Source: Centroscyllium fabricii (taxonomy: Eukaryota). From it: a stretch of DNA of 64,000 nt. The position numbers and the translations under genes were made by a program. The stretch lies in assembly GCA_051313645.2 (NCBI GenBank), contig JBNRSN020000189.1, positions 558,001 to 622,000 on the forward strand, in the 5' to 3' direction. This document shows positions 61,600 to 64,000 of this stretch, piece by piece (positions within the stretch are counted from its first letter, which is position 1; every line of letters begins with the position of its first letter). The notes beneath the pieces were generated by a model, which worked only from the letters and a program-made list of their open reading frames with translations, was not told where the DNA came from and made no database searches.

Positions 61600-63582
61600 A
61601 TGCAAAAACAGCCGCCTATCGTATCTCTGCCTGCTGTGTCCACAATAACGAACGGTAAAATAATATATCCAAACGGATTAACCAATTCAGCAATGAAAAC
61701 CTTCAAAACAAAAGTCTTGAAAGACAATCCTGAAACATTAGTTACAGATTTCAGCATGAAGAATAACCAAAAGACCAAATGTAACCTGATCTTTTACACC
61801 GAACACGCCAACAATTGGCACCAAGTGATAAATGACACATTTAAACACACAAAGAAAAATGGTATATGCAAAGGAAGGCAGATCACTGCATATGAAGATC
61901 CAGAATTCACTACTTCCATCATAAGTATAAACATCTACCACAATGGAACCGTTATGATTCAAGGGTCTGAAAACAGCCTAGACAACTTTATGAATAAATT
62001 CCAAGCCATAAAAAATACCGTGTCAAAGAGAAACACCCTTCCACAGCCAGATCCAAAGACACATATCAACCCTCCACAGCCAGAGCCAAAGAACCCTAAC
62101 AACCACCGACAGCCAGGTCCAACCAGCCAAAACAACCCTCCACAGCCAAATTCAACCAGCCACAACAACCATCCACAGCCAGAGCCAGAGAGCCTTAAAA
62201 GCCCGCCCACCTCAAGCAATCACCCTCTGACAAACGCGGAACATACCACACATTGCCATAACAGCCCTTCTACCTCCGACAATCACCCTCCGACAATCGC
62301 CATAAATACCTCAAAAGGCCATAACAGCCCATCTACCTCCAACAATCACCCTCCGACACCCGCGGAACACCCCCCCAAAATCTCCAACAACAACAAGGAA
62401 CTGAAAGAGGGGCTCTCTACCTTGGAGCGTGAATTCATAGATTTCAAAGAGAAAACACTGGCCACCCTCCAGAGGATCACAGACACGCAGTCAGAAAGGG
62501 GGACGGACACCAAGCTACAGCGACAGGAAGAAGAGTTAAAAGAACTCAAACAGACCATAAAACAGATGGAAGAGGACAACCAGGAAATGAGAATAACGCT
62601 AGACAGAATGAAAGCAGAGCTCATCGTCCTCACCAACTCCAACACGAAACAGACACAGCAGGGAGAAACCCAGAGGATAAGCGAGGAGCCATGCAGAACT
62701 AAACACTACACGCCAGCAGAAACAAAGACACACATCACTAACGCCAACACAGATACAGACCACCATCACAAGGACAAACCTAAAGACGGATCAAACACAC
62801 CACTCAACACACAGGAAAAAAACACAGATATCTTATTTCTAGGGGACTCGAACGGCAAACACCTCAATATGAGGCGTCTTTTCCCAGGCAGAAGAACAGA
62901 AAAGATCTGGAGCCCCACCACGTCCACAGCCATGGAGGAGCTTGAACGGTCCAGCCATAACCCTCAAAAAGTTGAACATATCCTGATTCACACTGGAACA
63001 AACGATCTGAACATGCAAATAGACATACCTCAAGCATTAAATCAGATAGCAGTGATAGCTAACAAAAAATTCCCCACAGCAAGGATAACCATATCCACTC
63101 TGCTACCCAGAAAAGACACACAACAGCAGGTAATCAACAAAATTAACGATGATATCCTCAAAAGATGTGCCCAACTGCCCAACGTCCAAGTGGCAAGACA
63201 CGAACAGATAACACACCAGCACCTCCAAGACCGACTGCACCTCAACATGAGAGGCGTGAGTATATTGGCAAAGGACATCAAAGATATAGCCCTAAACCGG
63301 AACACAACCACCCAGTACATCAAGACCCCCCAACACACTAACACACCCGTCTACAGGGGCTCAAACCTTCCCAAAATGCAAAGAACGACCCTGCCCCAAC
63401 ACACCCTAACACATTCCCAGGTCCAGCAGCAACAATCACTCCAGCCAACAGCCCAGAGAGACAATTTTACCACTACAAATGCTAAGACAGTAAATCCCAC
63501 ACCTACCCAAATGCACCAAAATCAGATAAAAGACCTGATGGCCATCTTCTGTGATAAAATATTAGACATAATATGGAAATAA
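61600..63582 (+). CDS. LINE ORF1 protein: N-terminal domain, Pro/Asn-rich linker, coiled coil, SGNH/GDSL esterase
   Basis: FLGDSNG (block I), IHTGTND (block III), DRLH (block V); heptad region LQRQEEELKELKQTIKQMEEDNQEM; 660 aa uninterrupted. Confidence 0.88.
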   Translation: MQKQPPIVSLPAVSTITNGKIIYPNGLTNSAMKTFKTKVLKDNPETLVTDFSMKNNQKTKCNLIFYTEHANNWHQVINDTFKHTKKNGICKGRQITAYEDPEFTTSIISINIYHNGTVMIQGSENSLDNFMNKFQAIKNTVSKRNTLPQPDPKTHINPPQPEPKNPNNHRQPGPTSQNNPPQPNSTSHNNHPQPEPESLKSPPTSSNHPLTNAEHTTHCHNSPSTSDNHPPTIAINTSKGHNSPSTSNNHPPTPAEHPPKISNNNKELKEGLSTLEREFIDFKEKTLATLQRITDTQSERGTDTKLQRQEEELKELKQTIKQMEEDNQEMRITLDRMKAELIVLTNSNTKQTQQGETQRISEEPCRTKHYTPAETKTHITNANTDTDHHHKDKPKDGSNTPLNTQEKNTDILFLGDSNGKHLNMRRLFPGRRTEKIWSPTTSTAMEELERSSHNPQKVEHILIHTGTNDLNMQIDIPQALNQIAVIANKKFPTARITISTLLPRKDTQQQVINKINDDILKRCAQLPNVQVARHEQITHQHLQDRLHLNMRGVSILAKDIKDIALNRNTTTQYIKTPQHTNTPVYRGSNLPKMQRTTLPQHTLTHSQVQQQQSLQPTAQRDNFTTTNAKTVNPTPTQMHQNQIKDLMAIFCDKILDIIWK

Positions 63583-63704
63583 TAATTAATTTTCTTTTCT
63601 TTTTATAAACTAATGAAACAAATAAATATAAAAGCGAATGACTTTAGATTATGGATCGGATACTTCTTTGAAAACACTTCCAGCGAAGGAAATAATTTCA
63701 TAAA

Positions 63705-64000
63705 ATGGCATCATTCTCTATTAGTAGCTGGAACATCCAGGGCTTGTCTTCTACAGTATTTAGCTTGAAATCGACAAACCCAGAATTTATAAATAGTATA
63801 CAAAATACGGATATAATTATCTTGACTGAAACCTGGAACATAAAACACATAAACTCCAACTGTCCGAACAACTACATCGAACTAATCGTCCCCTCTGTAA
63901 AACTGGCCCATGTCAAAAATGGCAGAGACTCCGGCGGGATCCTCGTATGGTATAAAGGGGAGCACAAAGATTCAATTTCAGCAGTCAAGAAAGGAAAAAA
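63705..64000 (+). CDS. LINE ORF2 N-terminus (APE endonuclease), runs off the window
   Basis: MASFSISSWNIQGL...DIIILTETW...GRDSGGILVWYK. Confidence 0.88.
   Translation, partial: MASFSISSWNIQGLSSTVFSLKSTNPEFINSIQNTDIIILTETWNIKHINSNCPNNYIELIVPSVKLAHVKNGRDSGGILVWYKGEHKDSISAVKKGK

Larger units (their letters stand above)
60169..64000 (+). mobile_element. 5' half of an apparently full-length RTE-X-like LINE (long 5'UTR, ORF1, start of ORF2)
   Basis: Intact 660-aa ORF1 followed by an APE endonuclease ORF; the 5' boundary is approximate. Confidence 0.8.

Overview
Eukaryotic genomic DNA, most likely a cartilaginous fish (inferred from the repeat families and GPCR type). About 90% is repetitive and there are five N-gaps near the 3' end. 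The only host gene I can support is the first coding exon (minus strand, 4830-5052) of a GPR139-like class A GPCR. It has a TATA box, a 51-bp promoter tandem repeat and tandemly duplicated splice donors; exon 2 is probably left of the window. From about 7.5 to 48 kb lies one ancestral ~5 kb array of a 62-bp satellite, inflated about 8-fold by nested insertions: CR1 LINEs, a V-SINE, four Gypsy families, Rex1/Babar fragments, and hAT and Harbinger-like MITEs. After 48 kb come minisatellites, a near-intact CR1 ORF2, and a co-oriented series of RTE-X-like LINEs in (GA)n tracts. Two elements stand out. (1) A young intact Gypsy element (14569-19265) has no tRNA PBS but a 13-nt perfect complement to its own LTR poly(A) signal, plus a YLDN RT motif. 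(2) A very young non-coding LTR element (32563-35944) has two 1618-bp LTRs around only 146 bp of internal sequence. Family names come from motif recognition, not database searches.
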